From contig OZ243956.1 in the NCBI GenBank assembly GCA_965214405.1, positions 1,696,001-1,760,000 on the forward strand: DNA of 64,000 bases. Direction: 5' to 3'. Positions 32,380 through 41,857 of the stretch are shown piece after piece. How positions within the stretch are numbered: the stretch's first letter is position 1; the number at the start of each line of letters is the position of its first letter. Origin of the DNA: Trueperaceae bacterium. Its GTDB lineage: Bacteria > Deinococcota > Deinococci > Deinococcales > Trueperaceae. Below the pieces are notes generated by a model. The model saw only the letters and a program-made list of their open reading frames with translations. It ran no database searches and was not told the origin of the DNA. A program made the translations under genes and the position numbers.

Positions 32380-33417
32380 ATGAGTCAACGTGATAAAAAG
32401 CGGGCGCCCCGCAACAGGACGATTACACTTACAGAAGAAGAGAAGCAGACCCTTGTTGACCGGTGCATTCGTGTATCAAATGAGGCAACGCTTCAAGAAG
32501 TTATCAACAAGACGATTTGTCAGGACGCCTTTGATGTGTTGAGCAGGCTACCGCCCGAGTCGGTCGATCTGATCTTTGCAGACCCGCCATATAATCTTAC
32601 TAAAAGCTTTAACGGTCGCGCTTTTTCCTGGAAAACGCTTCAAGATTATGAAGATTATTTGGAGCAGTGGATTCCTGAACTCTTCCGGATTTTGAAGCCG
32701 CAGGGAAGCATTTACATTTGTGGAGACTGGCGCTCCTCTTCTGCAATTCACCGGGTGGCAGAGCGGCACTTTAGGGTGCAAAATCGCATCACCTGGGAAA
32801 GAGAAAAAGGGCGCGGCGCGAAAACGAATTGGAAGAACAGTTCAGAGGACATCTGGTTCTGTACAAAATCAAAAAATTACACCTTCAATGTTGAGGACGT
32901 AAAGTTGAAGCGCCGTGTTGTAGCACCTTACAAGGATACAAAAGGTAAACCGAAAGATTGGGAAACTACAGATTTGGGAAACTTTAGATTAACGCACCCC
33001 TCGAATCTTTGGACTGATCTAACCGTTCCCTTTTGGTCCATGCCCGAGAACACTGATCACCCCACACAAAAACCTGAGAAGCTGGTGGCCAAAATCATTT
33101 TGGCAAGCTCGCGTGAGGGAGACGTGGTGTTTGATCCGTTCTTGGGATCAGGAACTACTTCGGTAGTCGCCAAAAAGCTGAACCGAACATATATTGGTAT
33201 AGAGATTGATGAACTGTACGCGGCCCTGGCAGAAAAACGGCTCGCAATGGCAGAAGAGGAAATGTCAATTCAGGGTTATCATGAAAGCGTGTTTTGGGAA
33301 CGGAACACCCTAGCTCTTCAGATAGCTGAGTCTGGCCGGGTCCAAGGCAACGGGGATGAAGAGATTCGTACGGCTAAGGGTTCCGTCGCTGAAGAAATGC
33401 CGCTATTCTCTAGCTAA
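32380..33417 (+). CDS. Site-specific DNA methyltransferase (N4-C/N6-A, beta class)
   Basis: DPPY near the N-terminus, 'HPTQKPEKL', then FxGxG 'DPFLGSGTT'; visibly lower GC. Confidence 0.93.
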   Translation: MSQRDKKRAPRNRTITLTEEEKQTLVDRCIRVSNEATLQEVINKTICQDAFDVLSRLPPESVDLIFADPPYNLTKSFNGRAFSWKTLQDYEDYLEQWIPELFRILKPQGSIYICGDWRSSSAIHRVAERHFRVQNRITWEREKGRGAKTNWKNSSEDIWFCTKSKNYTFNVEDVKLKRRVVAPYKDTKGKPKDWETTDLGNFRLTHPSNLWTDLTVPFWSMPENTDHPTQKPEKLVAKIILASSREGDVVFDPFLGSGTTSVVAKKLNRTYIGIEIDELYAALAEKRLAMAEEEMSIQGYHESVFWERNTLALQIAESGRVQGNGDEEIRTAKGSVAEEMPLFSS

Positions 33418-34088
33418 TGTTACCTTCCCCTAGACCGAACCCTCTTTTCTACACTGACGCCTATAAGCTCATTGAAGAAAAGACGAAAACCATACTAAAC
33501 GCTCAGGTTGACTACTTGACAGAGCGTACAGCGCGCAGCACACGAGCCGCCGGAGACGCCATTGAAAACATTCTCCAAGATGAATTTAGTGCGATCTTGG
33601 GTGGTGACATAGTCAAAGAGTACAGTTCTGACTTTGCACGGCGTGCGATGGGAGATTTGGCATTCGAAAGCAACGAGGGGTTTTATCATCTTGTGGACGT
33701 TAAAACTCATCGCAGCTCAACTGACTTCAATATGCCCAACCTCACTTCAGTGCAGAGACTGGCGAAGCTGTACGAAAATAACAGCAACTACTTCTGCCTC
33801 TTGTTGGTTGCTTACGATATTAACAACGTTACTGTGACTGTTCATGAGGTGACCTTTGTGCCGATCGAATTTCTGGATTGGTCGTGTTTGACGATTGGAG
33901 CGCTAGGATGGGGACAGATTCAAATTGCTAACTCGAACAGGATAACCATAGCCGACAAGAAACCGCGCAAAGACTGGATGCTCGAGCTTTGCGACCGGAT
34001 CTTAGCGTTCTACCCCAAGGAAATCCTAAAGATCAACGAGCGTATAACCTATTTTGAGAGCATAAGAGAGTTCTGGCAAGCGAAATAG
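33417..34088 (+). CDS. Putative Type II restriction endonuclease (PD-(D/E)XK)
   Basis: TAATG overlap with the MTase; 'GDAIE', 'MGDLAF...VDVKT' nuclease-like motif; low GC. Confidence 0.7.
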   Translation: MLPSPRPNPLFYTDAYKLIEEKTKTILNAQVDYLTERTARSTRAAGDAIENILQDEFSAILGGDIVKEYSSDFARRAMGDLAFESNEGFYHLVDVKTHRSSTDFNMPNLTSVQRLAKLYENNSNYFCLLLVAYDINNVTVTVHEVTFVPIEFLDWSCLTIGALGWGQIQIANSNRITIADKKPRKDWMLELCDRILAFYPKEILKINERITYFESIREFWQAK

Positions 34089-34145
34089 ATGAGCTGAAAC
34101 ACGCTTAGCCAGACCGTTTCAACATCTATCCGGCTCGAGCCCCTC

Positions 34146-36611
34146 TCACCGCCTCGAGCCCATCATGAGCGGCACCACCAGCACCGTCCCCACAAACGTC
34201 GCCACCACCGACAGCCCCACCGACAGCATCACTTGGGTCACGCTCACCAAATACATCGTGGCGAAGAGGAAGAAGACGCTCGAGGTGGTGAGCACCGAAA
34301 AGAGCACCGCCTTACCAGTTCGCGCGTACACCCCCGCTTCCCCCTCTTCCGCGCCCAGCACGCCCAACACGAGATGCACCGCGTAGTCCGAGCCGATACT
34401 GACGATAAACACGACCGGGAAAATTAAGAAAACAGAAATGTAGATGTCGAACAGCGGCAGCAGCCCGAGCCACCACACGCCCGTGACGACCATGACCACG
34501 GCGACGGTGAGGACCGCGCGCAGGCTCCGGGTGAAGAGAAAGAGGAGCGTGCAGGCCCACAAAAGCGACGCGGCGAAGAGGACGCGCATCCAGAAGAGGC
34601 TCGTTTGGATGAAGAGGTAGGTAATCGTCCGGTAGCCCAAAAAGTGCGTCGTTACGCCGTCGGGCTGTGCGGCGCGGGTCGCTTCTACAGCTTGCTCGAG
34701 CTCCCCATAAAGCCTCCCCGCCGCCTCGAGCGAGGCGGTAGAACTTGTGGATGAAAGGGTAGAACCTGCGGATTCGGGCGGCCTGACGATAAGCACCGAA
34801 AGGTTTAGGTCGGGGCTCGAGAGCACGCTTACCAGGGGCGACCAGGCGGGGCTCGAGTGCATCGTGGTGAGCGCGCTCCCTATCTCCTCCCGCGTGCTCG
34901 GGGCCGCGCGGCTTAAGTCGCCGCCCGCTAAGAAAAAACGGCGCACGGCGGGTCCCACGCCGTCTTTGAGAACTTCGTAAGAGCCCAGGATGCGGTTTAG
35001 GCTCACCACCTCCGTTCCTTCGCCCAGGGTTTCTTGAAGCTCAGCCTCGAGCGCGCGCGTATAGTCCAGCAGCGCGGGGTCGGTTGCGTCACCCTCCAAA
35101 ATGACGAACTCGGGGAACGCGCCCCCCAGCCTCTCCCCCGCCCGCGCAACCGCCTTGGCGACCGGGTCGGACGGGGGAAAATTGCCCTGAATCACGTCCA
35201 ACTGGTAGACGGTGCGGCCTTGCATGAGGAGCGCGGCTAGGGTGAGACCGATAATAAAAAGCGCCACGGGCACCCGAAAGCGCGCCACGCCCAGCATGAG
35301 GCGGCGCATGAGGGCGGACGGCCTATAGGGAACAGTTTTTGTTTGTTTTCTGAGCGCGTAAAACGCGGGCGGCAGCGTCAGCACGAGGAGCGTGGAGGCG
35401 GCGAGGCCAAAGGCGGCGAAGAAGCCGAGCTGCACCATGCCGGGGATGCCCGATACAAGGAGCGACAGGAGCCCGCCGACGGTAATGAGCGAGGTGAGCA
35501 CGAGCGCCGCGCCTGTACGGGAGGCTGCTCGAGAAACCGCCACGCCGGAGGCTGTCATATCAGAAACCGTCATATCAGAAGCTGTCATGCTAGAAGCTGT
35601 CACGTTAGAAGTCACGCCAGAGGACGCGTCTCCAGATTCCCCCGCCCTGTACGCGTTGAGCAAATGAATCGCGTAGTCGATGCCGCTGCCCAGCAAGAGC
35701 GGCACGAGCGCCACCGTGACGATGTTGAGCCCCACGCCCGTCAAGCCCATGAGGCCGTACGTCCACACGAGCCCCAAAATGAGACAGGCGACCGCAACTC
35801 CCACGGTTTGCAGGGAGCGAAACGCGAACCAGAGCAAAATCACGACGAAGAGCCCCGCCAGAGGCACCAGCAGGAGGCTTTCTTGTGAAAGTGTCCGGTC
35901 CACCCTCGCCAACCCAGAAGCGAGTCCGAGAGGCGTCATCAGGTCCTCGCGGAAGAGGTCGTGGCGTTTGCCGTCCCACGACTTGTACGCGTCAACCGCC
36001 GCCACGAGTTTTACGCCCAAGTCGCGCGAGGCGTTCGACAGGGGTTCGCCCTCGACCGTGAACCCCAAAAGCGTGGCCGCGCCGTCATTGGAGATGGTGG
36101 CGTCTAACAAGTCCCGCTGCGTGTTCCACAGCGCGCTCCAGAACACGCGAAAGGTCGCGGAGTCCTCGGGCAGCTTTAGCGCCGCGATATTTCCCGTGGC
36201 GTCCTCATCCGACGATACGTAGTTGGCGAGCGCCAGCCACTGCGGCAAGCCGAACACGCTCCTCACCTCGGGCACGCGGGCGCGCACGAACGAGGCGAAC
36301 TCCGCCTGCGCCCGAATGGCCGCCTCGTCGGTAATCTGCGAGACGCCCGCGGCGGCGGCCTTGGCGGGCTCGAGCTCGAGCCACACCAGCTCCTGATTCG
36401 TCACGCCGTTGATATGGTCAATCACTCCCTCAAACGCCCTCACGTTGGGCTGGTCCGCGGGCAACCAGTCGATGAGGTTGGTGCGAAACTCTAAGCGAAA
36501 GAGCCCCAGACCCAAAAGGAGCGTTACCGTGAAAAGGAGCGCGAGCGTGAGCCGAGGGCGGCGCGCGGCGCTCTCCATAAAGGTGTGGAGGAGGGACTCG
36601 AGGCGGTTCAC
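34146..36611 (-). CDS. MMPL/RND-superfamily transporter
   Basis: Two TM repeats with 'GSGIDYAIH' and 'SIGSDYAVH'; leaderless-type GTG at 36611 with TACACT 6 nt upstream. Confidence 0.88.
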   Translation of the reverse strand: MNRLESLLHTFMESAARRPRLTLALLFTVTLLLGLGLFRLEFRTNLIDWLPADQPNVRAFEGVIDHINGVTNQELVWLELEPAKAAAAGVSQITDEAAIRAQAEFASFVRARVPEVRSVFGLPQWLALANYVSSDEDATGNIAALKLPEDSATFRVFWSALWNTQRDLLDATISNDGAATLLGFTVEGEPLSNASRDLGVKLVAAVDAYKSWDGKRHDLFREDLMTPLGLASGLARVDRTLSQESLLLVPLAGLFVVILLWFAFRSLQTVGVAVACLILGLVWTYGLMGLTGVGLNIVTVALVPLLLGSGIDYAIHLLNAYRAGESGDASSGVTSNVTASSMTASDMTVSDMTASGVAVSRAASRTGAALVLTSLITVGGLLSLLVSGIPGMVQLGFFAAFGLAASTLLVLTLPPAFYALRKQTKTVPYRPSALMRRLMLGVARFRVPVALFIIGLTLAALLMQGRTVYQLDVIQGNFPPSDPVAKAVARAGERLGGAFPEFVILEGDATDPALLDYTRALEAELQETLGEGTEVVSLNRILGSYEVLKDGVGPAVRRFFLAGGDLSRAAPSTREEIGSALTTMHSSPAWSPLVSVLSSPDLNLSVLIVRPPESAGSTLSSTSSTASLEAAGRLYGELEQAVEATRAAQPDGVTTHFLGYRTITYLFIQTSLFWMRVLFAASLLWACTLLFLFTRSLRAVLTVAVVMVVTGVWWLGLLPLFDIYISVFLIFPVVFIVSIGSDYAVHLVLGVLGAEEGEAGVYARTGKAVLFSVLTTSSVFFLFATMYLVSVTQVMLSVGLSVVATFVGTVLVVPLMMGSRR
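35533..35607 (-). repeat. In-frame 15-bp degenerate tandem repeat (x5) in the MMPL gene
   Basis: GAAACCGCCACGCCG / GAGGCTGTCATATCA / GAAACCGTCATATCA / GAAGCTGTCATGCTA / GAAGCTGTCACGTTA, encoding the (N/S/D)(V/M)T(A/V)S-type repeat. Confidence 0.85.
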
Positions 36612-36716
36612 CCTTCTAGTGTAAGCGCGGCCCGACCTAAACATTAGGTGTAGCTTGTGCGTTGGTTAGTTAACGGGTGTCAACTCGGTGCTAAGATGCA
36701 CCACCAGGAGGTCCGC

Positions 36717-36962
36717 ATGGCTGACGGTCACGAGTACGGCTACACTGTCATTTTCGAAAAAGAGGGGGACGCCTATACCGCCACGGTGCCCGCCCTGAAC
36801 TACAGCTCGACCTACGGCGAAACGTTGGACGAAGCCCGCGAGATGGTCAAAGAGATGATCGGGCTTTATCTGGAGAGTCTGAGGGCGGACGGGCTCGAGC
36901 TGCCCGAGCCGGACGCTTCTAAAGAAACATTCACCGAGCGTATCAGCGTCGCCTTAGTCTAA
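36717..36962 (+). CDS. hicB: HicB-family antitoxin (short, no obvious DNA-binding domain)
   Basis: 'YTVIFEKEGDAYTATVPAL..STYGETLDEAREMVKEMI.LYLE'; AGGAGG RBS before ATG 36717. Confidence 0.88.
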   Translation: MADGHEYGYTVIFEKEGDAYTATVPALNYSSTYGETLDEAREMVKEMIGLYLESLRADGLELPEPDASKETFTERISVALV

Positions 36963-37192
36963 TGCCTAAGCTGCCCGCTGTCTCCGGCAAGACCATGCTA
37001 CGTTTTTTGGAAAAGCGCGGCTTTTACGTTCACCGCACCAGCGGCTCCCATTACATCTTAAAGAGCCTTGATAGACCCGAACTACGGGTGGTTGTCGCTG
37101 TACATGGCGCAAAATCCATTCCCACAGGCACGTTACGCGCGATTCTACGCCAGGCGGACGTCACCGTTGACGAGTTTGTCAAAGAATTTTGA
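36962..37192 (+). CDS. hicA: HicA-family mRNase toxin
   Basis: 'LEKRGF...SGSHY', 'VAVH', 'GTLRAILRQA'; TAATG overlap with hicB. Confidence 0.9.
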   Translation: MPKLPAVSGKTMLRFLEKRGFYVHRTSGSHYILKSLDRPELRVVVAVHGAKSIPTGTLRAILRQADVTVDEFVKEF

Positions 37193-37264
37193 GCGTACTC
37201 TGTCTCTACGAAATTTGTCTCCACCTCTATACTGATATACTGATAGTGTCGTCAGGAGGGACAC

Positions 37265-37774
37265 ATGAAAAAAACGCTCGCCGCATCGGGTGTTTTCCTA
37301 CTTTTTCTCTTTTTCGGCGGCTTGTGGGTCAGCTTGTCGCGCATCATCCCCGACGGCGTCTCCCAGTCCATCAGCATCGTGGCCTTTGGCGCGGTTTTTG
37401 TGATGACCTTTGTGTGGCTGCTCGTCTCGAGAGTGCGCGCCATTCTGGGCGGCACCAAGCACTTTTTGCGCGAAGGGCTCCTCACCCTCTTTAACCTCTC
37501 GCTGCTCATTTTGGCCTTTGCCGCGATGTACCAGAAGCTGGGCATTATCGACAACACCACCGAGGGCTCGCCGACGATTTACGTTTTCTCGACCTGCATT
37601 TACTACTCTGTCATTACCTTTACCACGCTCGGCTACGGCGACTTTTACCCGACCGGCATCGGCAGGATTTTGGCGGCGATGGAGTCGTTTACGGGCTACA
37701 TCATTTTAGGCGTGCTCGCCTCGACCGCCGCCTCGGTGCTCTCGCCGCAGGAGGAGCCGGGGTTCAGCGAGTAG
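37265..37774 (+). CDS. Potassium channel family protein (Ion_trans_2)
   Basis: K+ selectivity filter 'YYSVITFTTLGYGDFYP'. Confidence 0.88.
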   Translation: MKKTLAASGVFLLFLFFGGLWVSLSRIIPDGVSQSISIVAFGAVFVMTFVWLLVSRVRAILGGTKHFLREGLLTLFNLSLLILAFAAMYQKLGIIDNTTEGSPTIYVFSTCIYYSVITFTTLGYGDFYPTGIGRILAAMESFTGYIILGVLASTAASVLSPQEEPGFSE

Positions 37775-37823
37775 GAAAAAGCGCCGCTTCTTCAAACTCT
37801 ACCCGCCTTGTAAAGCTCGAGCC

Positions 37824-38162
37824 CTACGCGCGCGTTACCCCGTTGGCGTCGCGCATGATGTTCATGACCCGCGCGTGGTCGTCCTCTGACACCCGCGCCG
37901 TGACGAGCACGCCCTCGTCGTGAAGTTCTTCTTCATAAAATTCGGCCTCCTCGCGCGATAAACCCATCCGGGTAAGTTCGTTACTCACGGGGTCGTTCCC
38001 GCTGCTAAAGACGCTGGCGAAGCTCGAGAAGAGCCCGCCTCCGCCCGCGTCGCCCCGCCGTAAGACGCGGATGCTGTCCTCGGGCAAGCCCAGCGCGTCA
38101 AGCTCGTTCACCGCCTTTTCGGCGTCCACCTGACTGTCAAAAATGCCGACAACTGTTTCCAT
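37824..38162 (-). CDS. General stress protein (YflT/17M-like)
   Basis: 'TVVGIFDSQVDAEKAVNEL..LG', 'LTRMGLSREEAEFYEEEL..GVLVT'. Confidence 0.75.
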   Translation of the reverse strand: METVVGIFDSQVDAEKAVNELDALGLPEDSIRVLRRGDAGGGGLFSSFASVFSSGNDPVSNELTRMGLSREEAEFYEEELHDEGVLVTARVSEDDHARVMNIMRDANGVTRA

Positions 38163-38219
38163 CACGCCCCCCTTTTGAACACGGATTTGAACATAGTACG
38201 GTGCTTAAACCGTTGAAGT

Positions 38220-38399
38220 CTAAAAAATGGTGGTGACGCCAAATATCAGCAGGACGAAAAAGATGACGGCGATAACCAGAAAGATGCCGAACAGCCAGCG
38301 CGCCGCCGTGGCCGCGCCCGCAGCCACGCCCGAAAAGCCCAGCGCCCCGGCGACGACGGCGATAACAACAGCAATGATGGCGAGTTCTAAAAGTCCCAT
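38220..38399 (-). CDS. DUF1328 (YtjA-like) small membrane protein, 59 aa, absent from the ORF track
   Basis: Translates MGLLELAIIAVVIAVVAGALGFSGVAAGAATAARWLFGIFLVIAVIFFVLLIFGVTTIF*; AAGGGGGG RBS. Confidence 0.85.
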   Translation of the reverse strand: MGLLELAIIAVVIAVVAGALGFSGVAAGAATAARWLFGIFLVIAVIFFVLLIFGVTTIF

Positions 38400-38477
38400 A
38401 TCGTCCCCCCTTTAGTTACGTGATTTTGTTACGCCGTCCACTATACTCCCTTTGCGCTTTAAGCGGTTACACTCCCG

Positions 38478-39179
38478 TCATAAAAGCAGCAAAACCGTGT
38501 ATCCAGCCGCGCCCAGGGCAAAAGCCGAAAAGCGGCTCTGGCGCTCCTCAGGCAGCTCTTCTTTGAGCACGTTGAGGATGACCCCGCCCCCCAAAAAGGC
38601 GAAAAGGACCGCCAGCGCCGCCTCGTTTATCTCGGTAAGCACGCCCACGAGCCAGCCCAAGAGCACGGCGGCGGAGAGAATCCAGCGGCCCCAGCGGTCG
38701 TAAAGCCCCTTGTGGTCGTGGCGCAGGCCGATGTCGTTGACCAAAAAGTGCAGCGTCAGCGCGACGAAAAAGTACAAAAGCGATTCCAACCCCGGCGACT
38801 CGCGGTGGACGAGCAGGTAACCGATCAGCGCGTTGTACACTGTGAACGAGGCGATGTGGAGCCAGAACACGCCCCTATCGCGCCCGCCGTCCTCATCGTC
38901 GCGCTTGATAAGGCGCTCGAGCCCGTAAAAGGCGCTTAGGCCCACCAGCGCGACCAGGTAAACATGGTGCTCCACAAAGCTCAGGGGAGCGGCCTCGGCA
39001 AGCGCCTCCTGGTGCTCCGCTAAGTCGGGCAGGATGTGGACGAAAATGTAGGCGACCGACACGCCGCTCGCCGCCGAGAGCCAGCGGCTGCGGGGCATAA
39101 CCGACAAGAAGCGCAGCCGCCGCGCCAAAAGGTGCGCTACGGCCATGCCCAGCGCCAGGACAAAGGTAATAAAGGTCAT
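38478..39179 (-). CDS. ZIP-like integral membrane protein
   Basis: 'WLSAASGVSVAYIFVHILP', 'LHFLVND', 'GGGVILNVLKEELPEE'. Confidence 0.7.
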   Translation of the reverse strand: MTFITFVLALGMAVAHLLARRLRFLSVMPRSRWLSAASGVSVAYIFVHILPDLAEHQEALAEAAPLSFVEHHVYLVALVGLSAFYGLERLIKRDDEDGGRDRGVFWLHIASFTVYNALIGYLLVHRESPGLESLLYFFVALTLHFLVNDIGLRHDHKGLYDRWGRWILSAAVLLGWLVGVLTEINEAALAVLFAFLGGGVILNVLKEELPEERQSRFSAFALGAAGYTVLLLL

Positions 39180-39299
39180 GGTGCTTTTAGCTTACATCAC
39201 CGGAAGGGGTTTGAGCTCGTGTAAACGATTTTAGCGCGAAGTAAGATTTTGTCAGCACAGGTCGCGTCTCCTGCAGCGTGTAGTTAAGCGTGAACGAGG

Positions 39300-39791
39300 T
39301 TACAGAGTAAGTAAAAATTTGGTTAACAAAATTACCCGCCCATTCAACTCTGTAGATTCTCGAAATGTCGGGTGCTCTACGAACGAATGACGTAGCAAAA
39401 CTTTTTGAGACGCGATGTTGTCAGAAGCCACTCGAGCAACCAGTCGTTTCAAGCGTAATTCTTTGAGCGCGAACTCTCTAAGATATGATAAGCCTTCAGC
39501 TCCGATACCCTGACCCAGATGATTCCGGCATACACGGTAGCCAACTTCGGCTTGCTCACCGTCAATGTCGGAAAAGTTAAAACGCCCCACGATGTCATCG
39601 CCTCGATACCTTACAAACATCAGGTAGGTAGCTTGGGACATTCCCAGAACCAACTGGGTAAGCATGTCAGGGAACGTCTCCTGGTCGAAATAGGAAGCAG
39701 GTCTGGGCGGAACCCACGATTCAAACCAGCTTTTGTTTCGACCTTCAAAATCAAAGAGGGCTTGGCTGTCTTCCAAAGTAAGGAGTTTCAA
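39300..39791 (-). CDS. GNAT N-acetyltransferase (RimJ/RimL-like)
   Basis: 'VGRFNF', 'EVGYRV...LGQGIG', 'DNIASQKVL'; low GC; start uncertain. Confidence 0.8.
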   Translation of the reverse strand: MKLLTLEDSQALFDFEGRNKSWFESWVPPRPASYFDQETFPDMLTQLVLGMSQATYLMFVRYRGDDIVGRFNFSDIDGEQAEVGYRVCRNHLGQGIGAEGLSYLREFALKELRLKRLVARVASDNIASQKVLLRHSFVEHPTFRESTELNGRVILLTKFLLTL

Positions 39792-40006
39792 GTGAGCTTT
39801 CCTTCTCTTGTCAAAAGTTTTTTACAGAGGCCTTTTCTGCGCCGCTTCGGTCCAATAGTTCATAAGAACCCCCGCCGACCCCGGATGCTCTCAATGTGCC
39901 ACCCCGGAGCGAGTCCAGAGGGCTAAGACGTTTTTTCTGCCTCAGCCCTCGTCACGTTCTCGATCCCAACTCGCACGACTGCTACGGGAGGGCTTTTTAC
40001 GGTCGC

Positions 40007-41761
40007 CTACGCCAGCGGATAGCCGTTCGCCTCAAAGGCGTCCGCCGCCGCCTCGCGGCGCGCGCCGATAAGGTCCTCGCCGTGCTCGCTCAGGTAAGCG
40101 TTGAGCTTGCCGAGCATGGGCTGTCCGTTGGGGATGCGGCGCAGCGCCGTGGTGGCGTAGCCCCGAACGCGGTCCACCGCCTCAAAGGTGTAGAGCGCAG
40201 CGAGCCGCGCCGCGTGTTCGCCTTTGGGCGTACCCAGCAGCCGCTCGGCGCGCAGGAGCGCGGACTCGGAGAGGTAAGCCGCCGCGACCATGTCGGCCAC
40301 GCGAGCCATGACTTCTTGCTCCTTCTCGAGCTCCTGCGCATACCCCATCGCCCCCAAACCCGCCACAAGCAGCGTCGCGCGCTTCATGTTTTCTACTGCT
40401 ACGTACGCTTTTTTAAGCTCCTCCGGCGCGTCCACGTCCGTAAGGGGCTCCCCTTTGACCGCTCCCTGCGCCGCGCTCATCAAGTCGAGGCTGCCCTTCA
40501 GCGCTCTTTTCAAAAGCTGTCCCGTAGTGAGGAGCCGGTTGATCTCGTTCGTCCCCTCGAAAATCCGGTTGATGCGCGCGTTGCGGTAGGCGAGCTCGAC
40601 GGGGTAGTCCGCGCTAAAGCCGATGCCGCCGTAGATTTGCAGCGTCTCGTCGATGGTGCTGCCCAAGATTTCCGACCCGGCCACCTTGATGAACGAGTAT
40701 TCGACCACGTACTCGTCAATCGCCGCCAGCCGCGCAGCCTCATCCTCTTTGCCCACCAATCTTTCGTCTAACGCGCCCGTCATCCGGTAGACGGCGCTTT
40801 CTAACGCGTAAGTGTCGGCGGACATGTGGCCGACTTTTTCCTGGATGAGGCCGAACTTGCCGATGGACTGGCCGAACTGCTCGCGCTCGGTCGCGTGCGC
40901 GGCGGCGAGATGCACCATTTCTTTGCAGCCGCCAACGGCCCCTGCCGCGAGTTTGAGGCGGCCCACGTTGAGGATCTGGAAGGCGATGATGTGGCCCCGG
41001 CCGATCTCGCCCAAGAGGTTTTCTTTGGGGACGGACACGTCAGAAAGCACCACCTGCCGCGTCGAGGAGCCCTTGATGCCCATTTTCTTTTCTTCCGCGC
41101 CAAAACTCAGGCCCGGCGTATCCCGCTCGACCAAAAAGGCGCTAAATTTATTCCCGTCCACCTGCGCGAATACGGTAAAGAGGTCTGCGAAGCCCGCGTT
41201 GGAAATCCACATCTTGGAGCCGTTTAAGACGTAGTGCGTGCCCGCCTCGTTCAAAACCGCCTTGGTTTTCGCGGCGCGCGAGTCCGAGCCCGAGCCGGGT
41301 TCGGTGAGGCAGTAGGCCGCGATCATCTCGCCCGACGCGAGTTTGGGGAGGTACTTCTCTTTTTGCGCCTCAGTACCAAAATAAACGAGCGGCAAGGTGC
41401 CGATGCCCGTGTGCGCGTTGAAGGTCACGTTAAACGAGCCCGCGCCCGAAAGCTTTTCGGTGACGAGCATCGAGGCCGCCTTGGAAGCGTCGAGGCCGCC
41501 GTAGGCCTCGGGCACGTCCACGGCCAAGAGGCCCAGCTCGCCCGCCTTGTGCATCTTTTGGACGGAGAGCTCGTAGGACAGCGCCTCGAGCTCCTCCAAC
41601 ACAGGCGCAATCTCGCGCTCGACAAAGCGCTCGGCGGTCCCCCCCATCATTTTGAGTTCGTCGTCGAACGCCTCGGGGATGAGCACGTCCTCGGCGGCGT
41701 GGCGCTCAATGAGAAAACTCCCGCCCTTTTTGGGTGTAATGCTGCGGTCTGCAATTGCCAT
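40007..41761 (-). CDS. Acyl-CoA dehydrogenase (FadE/ACAD9-like)
   Basis: 'YCLTEPGSGSD', 'LNGSKMWISN', 'EKKMGIKGSST', 'REQFG', 'RINRIFEGTNEI'; AGGAGG before ATG 41761. Confidence 0.93.
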   Translation of the reverse strand: MAIADRSITPKKGGSFLIERHAAEDVLIPEAFDDELKMMGGTAERFVEREIAPVLEELEALSYELSVQKMHKAGELGLLAVDVPEAYGGLDASKAASMLVTEKLSGAGSFNVTFNAHTGIGTLPLVYFGTEAQKEKYLPKLASGEMIAAYCLTEPGSGSDSRAAKTKAVLNEAGTHYVLNGSKMWISNAGFADLFTVFAQVDGNKFSAFLVERDTPGLSFGAEEKKMGIKGSSTRQVVLSDVSVPKENLLGEIGRGHIIAFQILNVGRLKLAAGAVGGCKEMVHLAAAHATEREQFGQSIGKFGLIQEKVGHMSADTYALESAVYRMTGALDERLVGKEDEAARLAAIDEYVVEYSFIKVAGSEILGSTIDETLQIYGGIGFSADYPVELAYRNARINRIFEGTNEINRLLTTGQLLKRALKGSLDLMSAAQGAVKGEPLTDVDAPEELKKAYVAVENMKRATLLVAGLGAMGYAQELEKEQEVMARVADMVAAAYLSESALLRAERLLGTPKGEHAARLAALYTFEAVDRVRGYATTALRRIPNGQPMLGKLNAYLSEHGEDLIGARREAAADAFEANGYPLA

Positions 41762-41857
41762 GATGGCCTCCTTTAGTTTGCGTTGGGCCAGTATACGCCA
41801 ATGTTGGACCAAGTTCAAAAAGTGAGTTTCAGTTCTCGGCTGAAGAAACACAACCTT

